DNA from: a virus
Lineage: Duplodnaviria > Caudoviricetes
Strand: one strand, 5' to 3'
Virus record (IMG/VR): IMGVR_UViG_3300031784_000003
DNA: 64,000 nucleotides
In this document: positions 10,762 to 20,190 of the stretch, piece after piece
How the letters are laid out: each line of letters opens with the position of its first letter
How positions within the stretch are numbered: position 1 is the stretch's first letter
The notes under the pieces: model-generated
Seen by the model: the letters and a program-made list of their open reading frames with translations, nothing else
What the model was told of the DNA's origin: nothing
The model's database searches: none
Made by a program: the position numbers and the translations under genes

Positions 10762-10766
10762 TGAAT

Positions 10767-11582
10767 TTATTTTAAAAATCCATTATCATAAACAACATTT
10801 ATTTTTTTCCATTTTGGTTCATAGACATCTGTATAATCTTTATGACCTTTTGGTCCAAACCAAACAGAAGGTACACATACCTTTTTGTTTTTATTTTTAT
10901 TTAGGTATGATCCCCACCAAGAAAAAGATGAATTAGACATAATATTATGATTACATAAACTAATTGCCCATAAATCTTCATAATCATTTAAATCGGTAAC
11001 AATAGTAGATTTATCATAATTTAAATTTTTTTCTGCCCATTCTTTATCATTTGTAAAAATAAATAAGTGAGAATATTTACCAATAGATTTTAGGGACTTA
11101 TCTATATAACTTTTTTCTATTACTGGTAAAATATCAGACACAGTTAAATAATCCCCTCTTCTAATATGAATAGATACTGAATTTTTTTCGAATATTAGTG
11201 GGTATAAAGTCATTAATTTTTGTTTAAACTCTTCAGTTGGTAAAAATAAGTTTTTTATATTCTCACTATAATTTTTAAAATTTTTACTACTTTGGTAATA
11301 ACCATAAAACATTATTGAGGTGTCATAACCATATTTTAAATCGTTATAATTCCAAGATATTTCGTCAACTCTTTTTTGTGGATTAATATTATCTTTAAAG
11401 TCAATATTTCTAAAGATATTATCTACATAGGTAATAGTTTGATTACCTTCCATAGGAAGAAATGAGAAAGGTTTAAAATAGACAGGTGTGTTATGAATAT
11501 ACCCTTCTGTTTTGGCTTTGGCAATTTGAAACATTTGATTACCCAAACCACCCATTAAATGTGTTGTTATAAATTTTTCCAT
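10767..11582 (-). CDS. GT11 alpha-1,2-fucosyltransferase-like
   Basis: LMGGLGNQMFQ, SIHIRRGDY, NSSFSWWGSYL; start re-assigned to ATG at 11582 (MEKFITT), directly after upstream stop. Confidence 0.88.
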   Translation of the reverse strand: MEKFITTHLMGGLGNQMFQIAKAKTEGYIHNTPVYFKPFSFLPMEGNQTITYVDNIFRNIDFKDNINPQKRVDEISWNYNDLKYGYDTSIMFYGYYQSSKNFKNYSENIKNLFLPTEEFKQKLMTLYPLIFEKNSVSIHIRRGDYLTVSDILPVIEKSYIDKSLKSIGKYSHLFIFTNDKEWAEKNLNYDKSTIVTDLNDYEDLWAISLCNHNIMSNSSFSWWGSYLNKNKNKKVCVPSVWFGPKGHKDYTDVYEPKWKKINVVYDNGFLK

Positions 11583-11583
11583 A

Positions 11584-12198
11584 TTAAAATAACCACTTAT
11601 AGTTAACATTTTTATTTTGTATATCACTAAAACTTTCTCTTTGTAACGCAATACTAGGATTAAACCCATAACAATTATAAGATTTTTGTATATCGGCATA
11701 ATATACGTCTATCGGTTTTCCTCTTTTACTTATTAAATCCAATATTAAGTCATAAATAGTATTGTTTATAACCACACAATGTATACCATATGTTTCATTT
11801 AATTTTATTATTTTTTCATTTAAAAAATTAATTTGTTTACCCATATGTTTATTGTGGTTTCCTCCAAAATATATCATATCCCAATCGGAAGGTAATAATG
11901 ACATATATTCATCTAAATTTTTTATTTCTTCAGTAAATTCTATATCATCTTCTAATATTAATATATTTTTATAACCTTTTTCCTTAGCCTCATTAATAAT
12001 GTTAATGTGGGTAGTTAAGATACCTAATTCTCCATTATTTATTGTAGTATTATTAATTAATGTGTTACCATCTACGGCAGAATAACGAGTAACACTATCA
12101 GACAATCCCCACTTACCTAATTCTTCTAGTGTTTCATTCCACCTATCTTCTCTGCGATCAAGATTTATACAATAAATTTTATCAAAATAATTTTTCAT
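11584..12198 (-). CDS. GT25 family glycosyltransferase
   Basis: YCINLDRREDRW, LILEDDI, GGNH. Confidence 0.85.
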   Translation of the reverse strand: MKNYFDKIYCINLDRREDRWNETLEELGKWGLSDSVTRYSAVDGNTLINNTTINNGELGILTTHINIINEAKEKGYKNILILEDDIEFTEEIKNLDEYMSLLPSDWDMIYFGGNHNKHMGKQINFLNEKIIKLNETYGIHCVVINNTIYDLILDLISKRGKPIDVYYADIQKSYNCYGFNPSIALQRESFSDIQNKNVNYKWLF

Positions 12199-12201
12199 AA
12201 T

Positions 12202-13062
12202 TTAAATATAAGTTTTTAAAATTTCAGATTTATATTCTATAATTTGATTTAACACTCCATCACCTAATTTTTTTATATCCTCATATAACTCTTCTAATAT
12301 TAAGGAATCATTGTTAGATTGTATTTCGTGATATAAATGTAATAATTCGTTTTTAGGGTTGTCTACAGAATGAATCTTTTCTAAGGTTTCAACTTTATTC
12401 CAAAAAAATATATCTTCTGGTGACCAACCATAAAATAATTCAGGATCGTAACCACCAACATTAAAGAATAATTCTTTATTCACAAATATTGATCCACCAG
12501 GTGCACCATAATCACCTTCCCTAACTTCCTCCAAATTAATATCGTTAATATTTATTTCTTTATTTAATAAATTTTGTGATTGTTGTTCATTTAAATAAAG
12601 TACTCTACGATTAAAAAATGTTTGTAAACATTCTGATTTTTTAGATTCTTTATTCTCCATTAAATTTAAGAAAAAATTATCATAAACTAAACAGTCTAAA
12701 TCATGAAACAAAAAATATTTAGAATTTTTATTTAATAATGCACCAATATTATGACATAAACATTTATTGAATTTGTTTTCTACACTATTGATCCAATAAT
12801 ACCCTACCCCATAACTCTTACAAATTTCATAATATTCTCTATTTGTTGAATGTTCAACAATTGTAACATTAATTTTTAGATTTGTTTTTTCTATTGCAGA
12901 TTTTAAATGTGATAAAGATGCGTCAACAAAATTAATCCTACCTCTAACTGGTATTATTACACTAATATCAAACTTTTTAAATGGTTTTTTCTTTTTAATT
13001 TCTTTGTAAAAAACATCAAACCTATTAATATCTATTATATTTTTAATATCTGAAAAAATCAT
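12202..13062 (-). CDS. GT2/GT7-like (galactosyltransferase-like) glycosyltransferase
   Basis: SVIIPVRGR, FHDLD, GGYDPELFYGWSPED, HLYH. Confidence 0.8.
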   Translation of the reverse strand: MIFSDIKNIIDINRFDVFYKEIKKKKPFKKFDISVIIPVRGRINFVDASLSHLKSAIEKTNLKINVTIVEHSTNREYYEICKSYGVGYYWINSVENKFNKCLCHNIGALLNKNSKYFLFHDLDCLVYDNFFLNLMENKESKKSECLQTFFNRRVLYLNEQQSQNLLNKEININDINLEEVREGDYGAPGGSIFVNKELFFNVGGYDPELFYGWSPEDIFFWNKVETLEKIHSVDNPKNELLHLYHEIQSNNDSLILEELYEDIKKLGDGVLNQIIEYKSEILKTYI

Positions 13063-13694
13063 ATTTCAATAACTCTCCTATTATCTTCAACTTTATTTTG
13101 AATATCACTATAACTAACTCTTTGTAATGCAATACTTGGATAAAAAGAATAGACATTTAATTCTTTTTGTAATTCACTATAGTAAATGTCAACAGGTTTC
13201 TTACAACCTTTAATTAAGGTTAAACACTTATCATAACAAGTGTCTCTAAAAACAATACAATGAGTAGTAAACGTCTTACTACATTTAATTATATTATCAT
13301 TTATTTTATTTATTTTTTCTCCTTCATGTAGATTGTGGTTTCCACCAAAATAAAGAATGTCCCAATCACTTGGGACTATCGACATATATTCATCTAATTT
13401 TTTTATCTCTTCAGTAAATTCTATATCGTCTTCTATTATTAATATATTTTTATATTTTTTAGTTTTGGCTAATTGTAATAAATTTATATGGGTTTTTAGT
13501 AAACCCAATTCACCATTATTAACCCTAAATATATTATTATCATAACTTAATTTACTACCATCAACACCCTTAAATCTATTAACTCCGTCAAATAAATTCC
13601 ATTTTTTAAGTTCTGATACAGTTTCATTCCACCTATCTTTCCTTCTATCTAAATTAATACAAAAAACCCTATCAAAATATTTTTTTAAACTCAT
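13059..13694 (-). CDS. GT25 family glycosyltransferase (paralog of 11584-12198)
   Basis: FCINLDRRKDRW, LIIEDDI, GGNH. Confidence 0.85.
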   Translation of the reverse strand: MSLKKYFDRVFCINLDRRKDRWNETVSELKKWNLFDGVNRFKGVDGSKLSYDNNIFRVNNGELGLLKTHINLLQLAKTKKYKNILIIEDDIEFTEEIKKLDEYMSIVPSDWDILYFGGNHNLHEGEKINKINDNIIKCSKTFTTHCIVFRDTCYDKCLTLIKGCKKPVDIYYSELQKELNVYSFYPSIALQRVSYSDIQNKVEDNRRVIEI

Positions 13695-15094
13695 ATCATA
13701 ATTTTATTATCTATTACGTCAAAATTTTTAGTTATTATTCTTTGATATAACTCCATATGGTTTTTATTTGCTTCAGTGGATACTGTCCCATCATTTTCAT
13801 GATGAAAATAGACAAATAATGGTTTTGGTATTCTTTTACCAACATAACCCTCTTTCATCATTCTAATCCACATATCATAGTCTTCCCAACCAATCATCTC
13901 TTCATCATAACCGTTAACTTTTTCAAACGATTCTCTATGGAACATAGAACAATTAACTATAAATGGGCCTTGTAATAATCTTTCTTTACTCCATTCAGGT
14001 CTTTTTTCTACACCTTGCGTTTGCCCAACATGATGTGTATCACAATACACTGGACTGATTTCTTTATTTTTTGTTAATATATTTACACAAGATCTAATAT
14101 AACCATCTAAAATCATATCATCAGAGTCTAATGGTAATATATATTCACCTTTAGAATGTCTAAACGCCTCATTTCTTGCAGATGAAGGTCCACCATTTTC
14201 TTTATAAACAACCTTAATTTTTTCTACATTTTCTAATTGTTTAAGTTTCGTCTTAACAAACTCATCTGTAGATCCATCATCCACTAAAATTATCTCAAAA
14301 TTGGTGTAATCTTGGTTAAATACAGAATTTAATGTTTGATTAATCCTATTACCATAATTGTAAATCGGCATCAAAATAGATACTAGTGGTTCTTTATCTT
14401 TTACTTTTTTAATGTTATATGTATACGGAATAATTTTAGGTAAACTTTCTTTATATTTCCCCACAAATTGAATTCTATTATCTTCCCATTGTTGGTTTGT
14501 TTGTCCGATAGATAAATGAGTTACCGCTATATCTGAAATAACACCAATATTAACACCGTTTAAAAAATTATTAAAACAAAAATCTATCTCATAAAAATGA
14601 AATCCTTTGAAATTTTCGTCAAAATCTTTAACAATATTATTTTTATTAACCGCAAAAAACAAACCGTCAACTATAATAGTATCTTCTATTTTATTACCAA
14701 ATGATTCATTATATTTTGATAACCATTTTCTACCTTCATGTTGGTGGTAGACTTGTCCAATAACTTCAGTCATACCATAATCCCACCATCTACCTGAAGA
14801 CGGCATATATTTAGTTCCTGCCTTACCAATAATACCATAATTAGGATTTCTTTTGAAGTGATTCAATATCTTATTACCCCAATTTTTAGTTTCCAAAATT
14901 ATGTCATCATGACAAAAAACCACAATATCATTTGTGGTTTCTTTTAAGGCTTTATTATAAATTTCTGTTAGAGAATATTCACCATTGTTTATATATTGAA
15001 TAACCTCCATATCTTTGTAGATACCAGAGGTTACCATTATATGTTCTTTATGTTTTGGATTATCTTCTCTAGTTGAGAATACTACACTAATCAT
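13691..15094 (-). CDS. Two-domain glycosyltransferase (GT2-like N-domain + GT2 C-domain)
   Basis: N: IYNKAL..VFCHDD, VDGLFFA, FHFYEID; C: VSILMPIYN, LVDDGSTD, ARN, PLDSDD, WEDYD. Confidence 0.85.
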   Translation of the reverse strand: MISVVFSTREDNPKHKEHIMVTSGIYKDMEVIQYINNGEYSLTEIYNKALKETTNDIVVFCHDDIILETKNWGNKILNHFKRNPNYGIIGKAGTKYMPSSGRWWDYGMTEVIGQVYHQHEGRKWLSKYNESFGNKIEDTIIVDGLFFAVNKNNIVKDFDENFKGFHFYEIDFCFNNFLNGVNIGVISDIAVTHLSIGQTNQQWEDNRIQFVGKYKESLPKIIPYTYNIKKVKDKEPLVSILMPIYNYGNRINQTLNSVFNQDYTNFEIILVDDGSTDEFVKTKLKQLENVEKIKVVYKENGGPSSARNEAFRHSKGEYILPLDSDDMILDGYIRSCVNILTKNKEISPVYCDTHHVGQTQGVEKRPEWSKERLLQGPFIVNCSMFHRESFEKVNGYDEEMIGWEDYDMWIRMMKEGYVGKRIPKPLFVYFHHENDGTVSTEANKNHMELYQRIITKNFDVIDNKIMI

Positions 15095-15230
15095 TTTTTA
15101 AACTATTATAATATTTTCTTATTTCATTACCTAATGTTTGATCATTAGGAAATTTTAAAATCATTTCTAAAATATGAAAAGAATCAATCTTTTTTGATAA
15201 TTCATATTTTTTAGGATCAATGTTTACCAC
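15087..15230 (-). CDS. Small hypothetical protein (47 aa, GTG start)
   Basis: Manual translation MVNIDPKKYELSKKIDSFHILEMILKFPNDQTLGNEIRKYYNSLKND; fills the gap and overlaps both neighbours. Confidence 0.5.
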   Translation of the reverse strand: MVNIDPKKYELSKKIDSFHILEMILKFPNDQTLGNEIRKYYNSLKND

Positions 15231-15792
15231 TTGATCCGAAACCTGTGTTACCTCTTTCTGTTTCATTTAATTTATCTACTTTGATTAAATCTGATATACC
15301 TTGACCTACTACATTCATTATCACACCTTGTGCAATTCTTTCTCCTGGCTCTATAGTATATTCTTCGTTACTTAAATTAATTACTATAATACCTACATCA
15401 CCTCTATACCCTTCGTCTACAGTACCAGGTGTGTTTAATACTGAAATACCGTGCTTCAATGCCATACCACTTCTAGGTCTAACTTGTAATTCAGTATTAG
15501 ACGATAATTCAAACTTTAAACCAGTAGGGATTAATTTTCTTTCTAATGGTTTTAATGTTATAGGTTTATCTATAAATGCTCTTAAATCAAAACCACTATC
15601 CCCTACTTTAGCATATTCAGGATCAGGATTATTTGAACTATTAGTGAATTTAGTTTTTATCTTAAAATAATCAATATTAACATCTAATAAATTCTTACTT
15701 TCGACAGATTCTATATGTGACATTAATGATTGTAATTCTTCTAATTGTCTAAGTTCTTCTTCAAAAGAAGAGTCTAAATCGTTTACTTCCAT
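15217..15792 (-). CDS. dut: Trimeric dUTPase with acidic N-terminal extension
   Basis: SGFDL, RPRSG, GTVDEGYRG, RIAQ, RGNTGFGSSG motifs. Confidence 0.95.
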   Translation of the reverse strand: MEVNDLDSSFEEELRQLEELQSLMSHIESVESKNLLDVNIDYFKIKTKFTNSSNNPDPEYAKVGDSGFDLRAFIDKPITLKPLERKLIPTGLKFELSSNTELQVRPRSGMALKHGISVLNTPGTVDEGYRGDVGIIVINLSNEEYTIEPGERIAQGVIMNVVGQGISDLIKVDKLNETERGNTGFGSSGKH

Positions 15793-16355
15793 TATTTATT
15801 TTTTTTACATTCTATTATTGATAATTCATTTGCCTGTTTTAAAAGTGTAGATAATGTTGAACCATACCATTTAGATTGTTTATCATCTTCCGATTTATCA
15901 AAATTAATAATTGACTGATATTCTTCTTCAGTTAAACTAACACCATAAGTTAATGCATAATATGCGGATCTTTCACCTACTCTCATAGAAATAAGATCCT
16001 CATTAAAGTCATACATTTTACCTGCATTTTTTCTATGCCATTCAGATTCACAAAATTTAAATAAGAATGTCTTACCTATTTGGTGTAAAAAACATACCTT
16101 AATTATTGATTTTTTGTCCACTCTTAAATTTTCAGGTAAACTTTCATTTAATATTACCGCATATTTTGTAACTTTCAAAATATGATCAATCAAACCACCT
16201 GGAAAGGCATTATACATACTTTCCATATTTGATGCTGGTGCAGTAAACAAATCTTCTCCTAAAAATTCTAATAAAGAATGAGTAAAAGTTTCATTGGACT
16301 GGCAAGTCTTCTCAAACTTTTCTCTATTCTTAATAATTTTTTCTTTTAGTTCCAT
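15792..16355 (-). CDS. HD-domain (YhaM-like) protein
   Basis: APAS, FPGGLIDHILKV, CFLHQIGK (HD replaced by HQ). Confidence 0.65.
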   Translation of the reverse strand: MELKEKIIKNREKFEKTCQSNETFTHSLLEFLGEDLFTAPASNMESMYNAFPGGLIDHILKVTKYAVILNESLPENLRVDKKSIIKVCFLHQIGKTFLFKFCESEWHRKNAGKMYDFNEDLISMRVGERSAYYALTYGVSLTEEEYQSIINFDKSEDDKQSKWYGSTLSTLLKQANELSIIECKKNK

Positions 16356-16382
16356 ATTCTTTTTTTTATAAGAATAATGATT

Positions 16383-17639
16383 TTATTTTACTAAATCAAA
16401 TACTAAATCTTTTTTTTCTTGAACTAATTTACTATAAAGATTTTTTCTTTCTCCACAAACAGTTTTCATATCATATTTACCATTTACGGTATTATATAAA
16501 TTTTCACCTAGTTTAGTAATTAATTCAGGGTTTTCTACTAGTCTTTTTAAATGGCTATACCATAATTTATGATTTTTTACAGTAGGGATTAAAAACCCAT
16601 TACCGTTTTCGTTTATCGTACCACCCTTCTCAAAAGAATCAACAACGTCTATCTGATACGAACCAAAGTCTTGTGCGACTATAGCCTTTTTATGGAAACC
16701 TGCTTCAATCACTTTAAGCTGAGATTTAACTTTATTAAACGTATTTTCTTTAAGTGGTGCTAATGAGATATCAAATAAATTATAATTTGATGCATAAGAT
16801 GTAATTGGTTTAGTCCATACTCTTCTGTAAGGTTCATTTGCAACGTTTTCATATTCTTTATTTTCAAAAGATAACAAAAATTCTTTATATTCTTCACTAA
16901 CAATTTTATAATCATCAGTAAATATTCTTTCATATTCGTACCATACGGATTCTTTTGGTTTAATAGGGCGTTGTTTTTGTTCACCAGTTTTTTGATCAAT
17001 CATTGTGATTGTACCTCTTAAATCAAAACCACATAATACAAATTGTACTTTATCAATTAATCCGTCATTTTTGAATTTACTAACCATCCCCTTTAAAATT
17101 TCTAAATCTTTTAAGTGAGAAGATCCACCTAACCATCCAATTCTAATTCTATCACTTTTTTCAGAATTATTTTGGTATTGTTTTTCAGATGGATTAATTG
17201 CGTTTGGAATCACAAAAACATTTTTATTAAATTTACTTATTTCATCCGCAAATATTTTTGTTGTGGTAGTCACATTTCTAGAAACTTTAACATTATTTAA
17301 AATTTTCTTATCCAACTCATGAGATTTAATTATTTGCCAAGCAGGATGATCAGGACCTGGAGACCAATGATCATCTATATCCATAATAGTCGCAATACCT
17401 AATTTATCACATCTATCTAACAATTCACCTAAATATTCATAATCACCTAAAGTTCTATGGTAATGTATTAAATCATATTTTTTTAAATATTCATCGTTAT
17501 GTAACTCAGGTTCATAATCAATATCGACATGAAAATCGTTAGGGAAATATTCTTCTAATTTGATGTGGGGTATTGTCGATCTATAATAAGAAACCCCTGT
17601 TCTGTCACTCGGAACAACTAATACTTTAATTTTACTCAT
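16383..17639 (-). CDS. GT-B fold (GT4-like) glycosyltransferase
   Basis: MDIDDHW, VIPNAI, RIGWLGGSSH, DISLAPL..N.FNKVKSQLKVIEAG. Confidence 0.8.
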   Translation of the reverse strand: MSKIKVLVVPSDRTGVSYYRSTIPHIKLEEYFPNDFHVDIDYEPELHNDEYLKKYDLIHYHRTLGDYEYLGELLDRCDKLGIATIMDIDDHWSPGPDHPAWQIIKSHELDKKILNNVKVSRNVTTTTKIFADEISKFNKNVFVIPNAINPSEKQYQNNSEKSDRIRIGWLGGSSHLKDLEILKGMVSKFKNDGLIDKVQFVLCGFDLRGTITMIDQKTGEQKQRPIKPKESVWYEYERIFTDDYKIVSEEYKEFLLSFENKEYENVANEPYRRVWTKPITSYASNYNLFDISLAPLKENTFNKVKSQLKVIEAGFHKKAIVAQDFGSYQIDVVDSFEKGGTINENGNGFLIPTVKNHKLWYSHLKRLVENPELITKLGENLYNTVNGKYDMKTVCGERKNLYSKLVQEKKDLVFDLVK

Positions 17640-17709
17640 AAATAATTTTTTATTTAATAATAAAAAGAAAAATTATTTTTCTAAATATTATGAGAAAATT
17701 AATTTAAAA

Positions 17710-17741
17710 TTTGTTTTTTCAAAATGTTATTTATATATTTG
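17710..17741 (+). promoter_or_regulatory. Bacteroidota housekeeping-type promoter
   Basis: TTTG (17710-13), 20 nt spacer, TATATTTG (17734-41): matches -33 TTTG / -7 TANNTTTG. Confidence 0.7.
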
Positions 17742-17761
17742 TTAATATAAAATCAAGCACT

Positions 17762-17986
17762 ATGAAAACTTTAATTTTAAAAACAGTATTTTTTGTAAGT
17801 ATTATTACACTTACGTCTTGTGTATCCGAAAAAACAATTTTGATAGCTAACGGTGAATATATAACCGAAAGACAATTCGATAAAAGATTAAAAAAGGCAT
17901 ACAAAGAAGCTATGAAAGAAATGTCTAAAGAAGAAAAAGAAATTATTGAAGGCACTCGTTTTAGTGTAGAAACAAGTGAACAATAA
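17762..17986 (+). CDS. Small lipoprotein
   Basis: MKTLILKTVFFVSIITLTS-C: basic N-terminus, hydrophobic core, lipobox LTSC; start re-assigned to ATG 17762. Confidence 0.7.
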   Translation: MKTLILKTVFFVSIITLTSCVSEKTILIANGEYITERQFDKRLKKAYKEAMKEMSKEEKEIIEGTRFSVETSEQ

Positions 17987-20092
17987 TTAAGATTTAAGTG
18001 TAATAACTTTATCCTTTGATGTTTTACCCACTAATTTAAGACTTATAAGTTTGTTTATAATTGCTGTATCAACAAAAGTATCTGGTACGTTAATACGTAA
18101 TTTATTACTTTTGAACGAACCTTTTTCATATACTCTACTAACACCTATAGAACTAAATACACCTACCTTTTCGATGTATGAACCTACATTAACCCAACCA
18201 GTTAATTTTTCATCCTTAAACGTGTTATATTTACTAATATAAGAATCTATTTTTGATGAATTAGTAAATATAGGTGAAACTAATGTGTCATCAGTAATAT
18301 AAAGATCAAAAACTATATCATTAGTATTAGTAGTTAAACCTTTAATATTACCCACATTCATTAAACTTATTAAAGTATTCACGGATTTCATATTTTGTTC
18401 TATTCCACCACCTAAATTGTTTACAAAATCAATAAATAATTTAGGTGTAAAATTAACACCATTAGGTTTTTCATTAGGAACCAATTTAAATGGTGTACTT
18501 GAAGTACTTCCAATTATAGATGGATTAGACACAACACCGTAAGGTGCATATAATCTTCTTAAATTAAAAGTTTTAGGTAGTTCATCCTTTTTAAATCTTA
18601 TTATATCTCCTTCTTCCGTCTGAATATTAGTTGAATCGCAATTGTCTATTAAATAACTTCTCATCGACTTAGTGGCGTTAGTACCTGCATTTGGGAATTT
18701 AGTAGATTCTAAACCAAATCTATAGTAAGATCCTGATTCTCCACCACTACAAAAACTATCGTTCACATAATTCATTTTATAACCTGTCCATAAACACCAA
18801 CCCCCATATATTTTAGGTTCATTACATTTACCTTTATAGAGTTCGGTTTCTGTACTTGAGTCAAATGTACCATACCCATAAAGAGGTAAATATTTTTTAT
18901 ACATATTTTCTTGTAAATCAGATGCAGTAGAACTTGCTTTAAACACAGGTAATTTAGTGGTAATATCATAAACCAACCAACCCTTTTGTAATCCTGCAGG
19001 TGGTGTCATCTTTTGTTCATCTTTTTGTGCAGCTTTCTTTTCTTCACCTTTTTTAATTAGATTACCACAAGCATCTAATTCCATAACATCTATTCTACGA
19101 TAGTCATTAGTTTCAGCTATTGATGGTGTACACGCGTGGTATATTACTGTATTACCTTTACTTAATCTAACTTCAGGAGTACTTGAGTGACATCTTTTAT
19201 CCGTATATTTACATACAAAAGATATCATAATATTTCCAGGTTTATTACCTAATATAGATAAAGCTTGTTGTGGTGTTACAATAAATTTAGAACTTCTACT
19301 CCCACCGTCTTTTGCGTTATTTAAATTTGCAACACCATCTAATTTTATTTTATTTAATTCGACATCGAATTGTGCGTCATCACATTGATGACCACCTCTA
19401 CAAGGAAATTTTGAGTTGGGTTCTTTTACATACATTACTTCTATAGTAAGTCCTTCTAAACAAGCGGAAGGGGGACTTAATTTAAAATTAACTCTTATGA
19501 ATTGTTCATCTTTAAATTTTTGATCACCAGCTTTATCACCACCATCAGGATTCCAAGCAGTCGTACCGAACACAATTTTAGGTGGTTCAAAAATAGGTAT
19601 CGCCGCAATTGTTCCTTGTTTTTCTAATCCCTTAAAATAAGCGGTTAAGAATTTTTGAATTGTTTTTGCTCTTCTTTCCGCCAACACCCCAATATCTACT
19701 GGTATTTTTGGGGTTACTTCATCATCATAATTAGGAACCTGTGATTCTCCAGCTTCTATCTGAATTGTAAATATTTTAGCTTTCCCATCTATAAGACCAC
19801 CACTTTGTTTAATTAATTCTGATTTTGTTTCTAACCAGAGAATCGCCTCTTTCAATTCACCTAAAATCTCTTGTTTAGGCATAGATGTATCTTTCCATTT
19901 ACCAGATTCAAAAGTAGTTTGTAATTCTACCTCTTTTACCTCATCATTAGGGGCTTCTTTTAATAATGAACTCATTTCTTCTTTTATGTATGAACTTATT
20001 TCTTCATTTAATTCATGTCTATAACTATCAGTCCTATAAACCATCAAACGTTTCATCCTTTGCAGTTCTTCATTAAGGGTAGTTTTTTTCAT
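17987..20092 (-). CDS. Hypothetical protein with LNEE leader and OmpA/MotB-like domain
   Basis: MKKTTLNEELQRMKRLM leader; IQIEAGES..PN, LAERRAKTIQKFL, FIRVNF resemble OmpA_C. Confidence 0.5.
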   Translation of the reverse strand: MKKTTLNEELQRMKRLMVYRTDSYRHELNEEISSYIKEEMSSLLKEAPNDEVKEVELQTTFESGKWKDTSMPKQEILGELKEAILWLETKSELIKQSGGLIDGKAKIFTIQIEAGESQVPNYDDEVTPKIPVDIGVLAERRAKTIQKFLTAYFKGLEKQGTIAAIPIFEPPKIVFGTTAWNPDGGDKAGDQKFKDEQFIRVNFKLSPPSACLEGLTIEVMYVKEPNSKFPCRGGHQCDDAQFDVELNKIKLDGVANLNNAKDGGSRSSKFIVTPQQALSILGNKPGNIMISFVCKYTDKRCHSSTPEVRLSKGNTVIYHACTPSIAETNDYRRIDVMELDACGNLIKKGEEKKAAQKDEQKMTPPAGLQKGWLVYDITTKLPVFKASSTASDLQENMYKKYLPLYGYGTFDSSTETELYKGKCNEPKIYGGWCLWTGYKMNYVNDSFCSGGESGSYYRFGLESTKFPNAGTNATKSMRSYLIDNCDSTNIQTEEGDIIRFKKDELPKTFNLRRLYAPYGVVSNPSIIGSTSSTPFKLVPNEKPNGVNFTPKLFIDFVNNLGGGIEQNMKSVNTLISLMNVGNIKGLTTNTNDIVFDLYITDDTLVSPIFTNSSKIDSYISKYNTFKDEKLTGWVNVGSYIEKVGVFSSIGVSRVYEKGSFKSNKLRINVPDTFVDTAIINKLISLKLVGKTSKDKVITLKS

Positions 20093-20190
20093 AGAAAATA
20101 TTTTTTTTATCTATAAATATAAAAAAAATGGTTAAAATGTAAATTCGTATTGTTTTTTTCACTATCTTTACATTATAAAATTAAACAACT

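Noticed and set aside
11583-11699. ORF-track 5' extension of the GT11 gene
   Set aside because: It overlaps the upstream GT25 by over 100 bp; ATG at 11582 gives a normal GT11 N-terminus.
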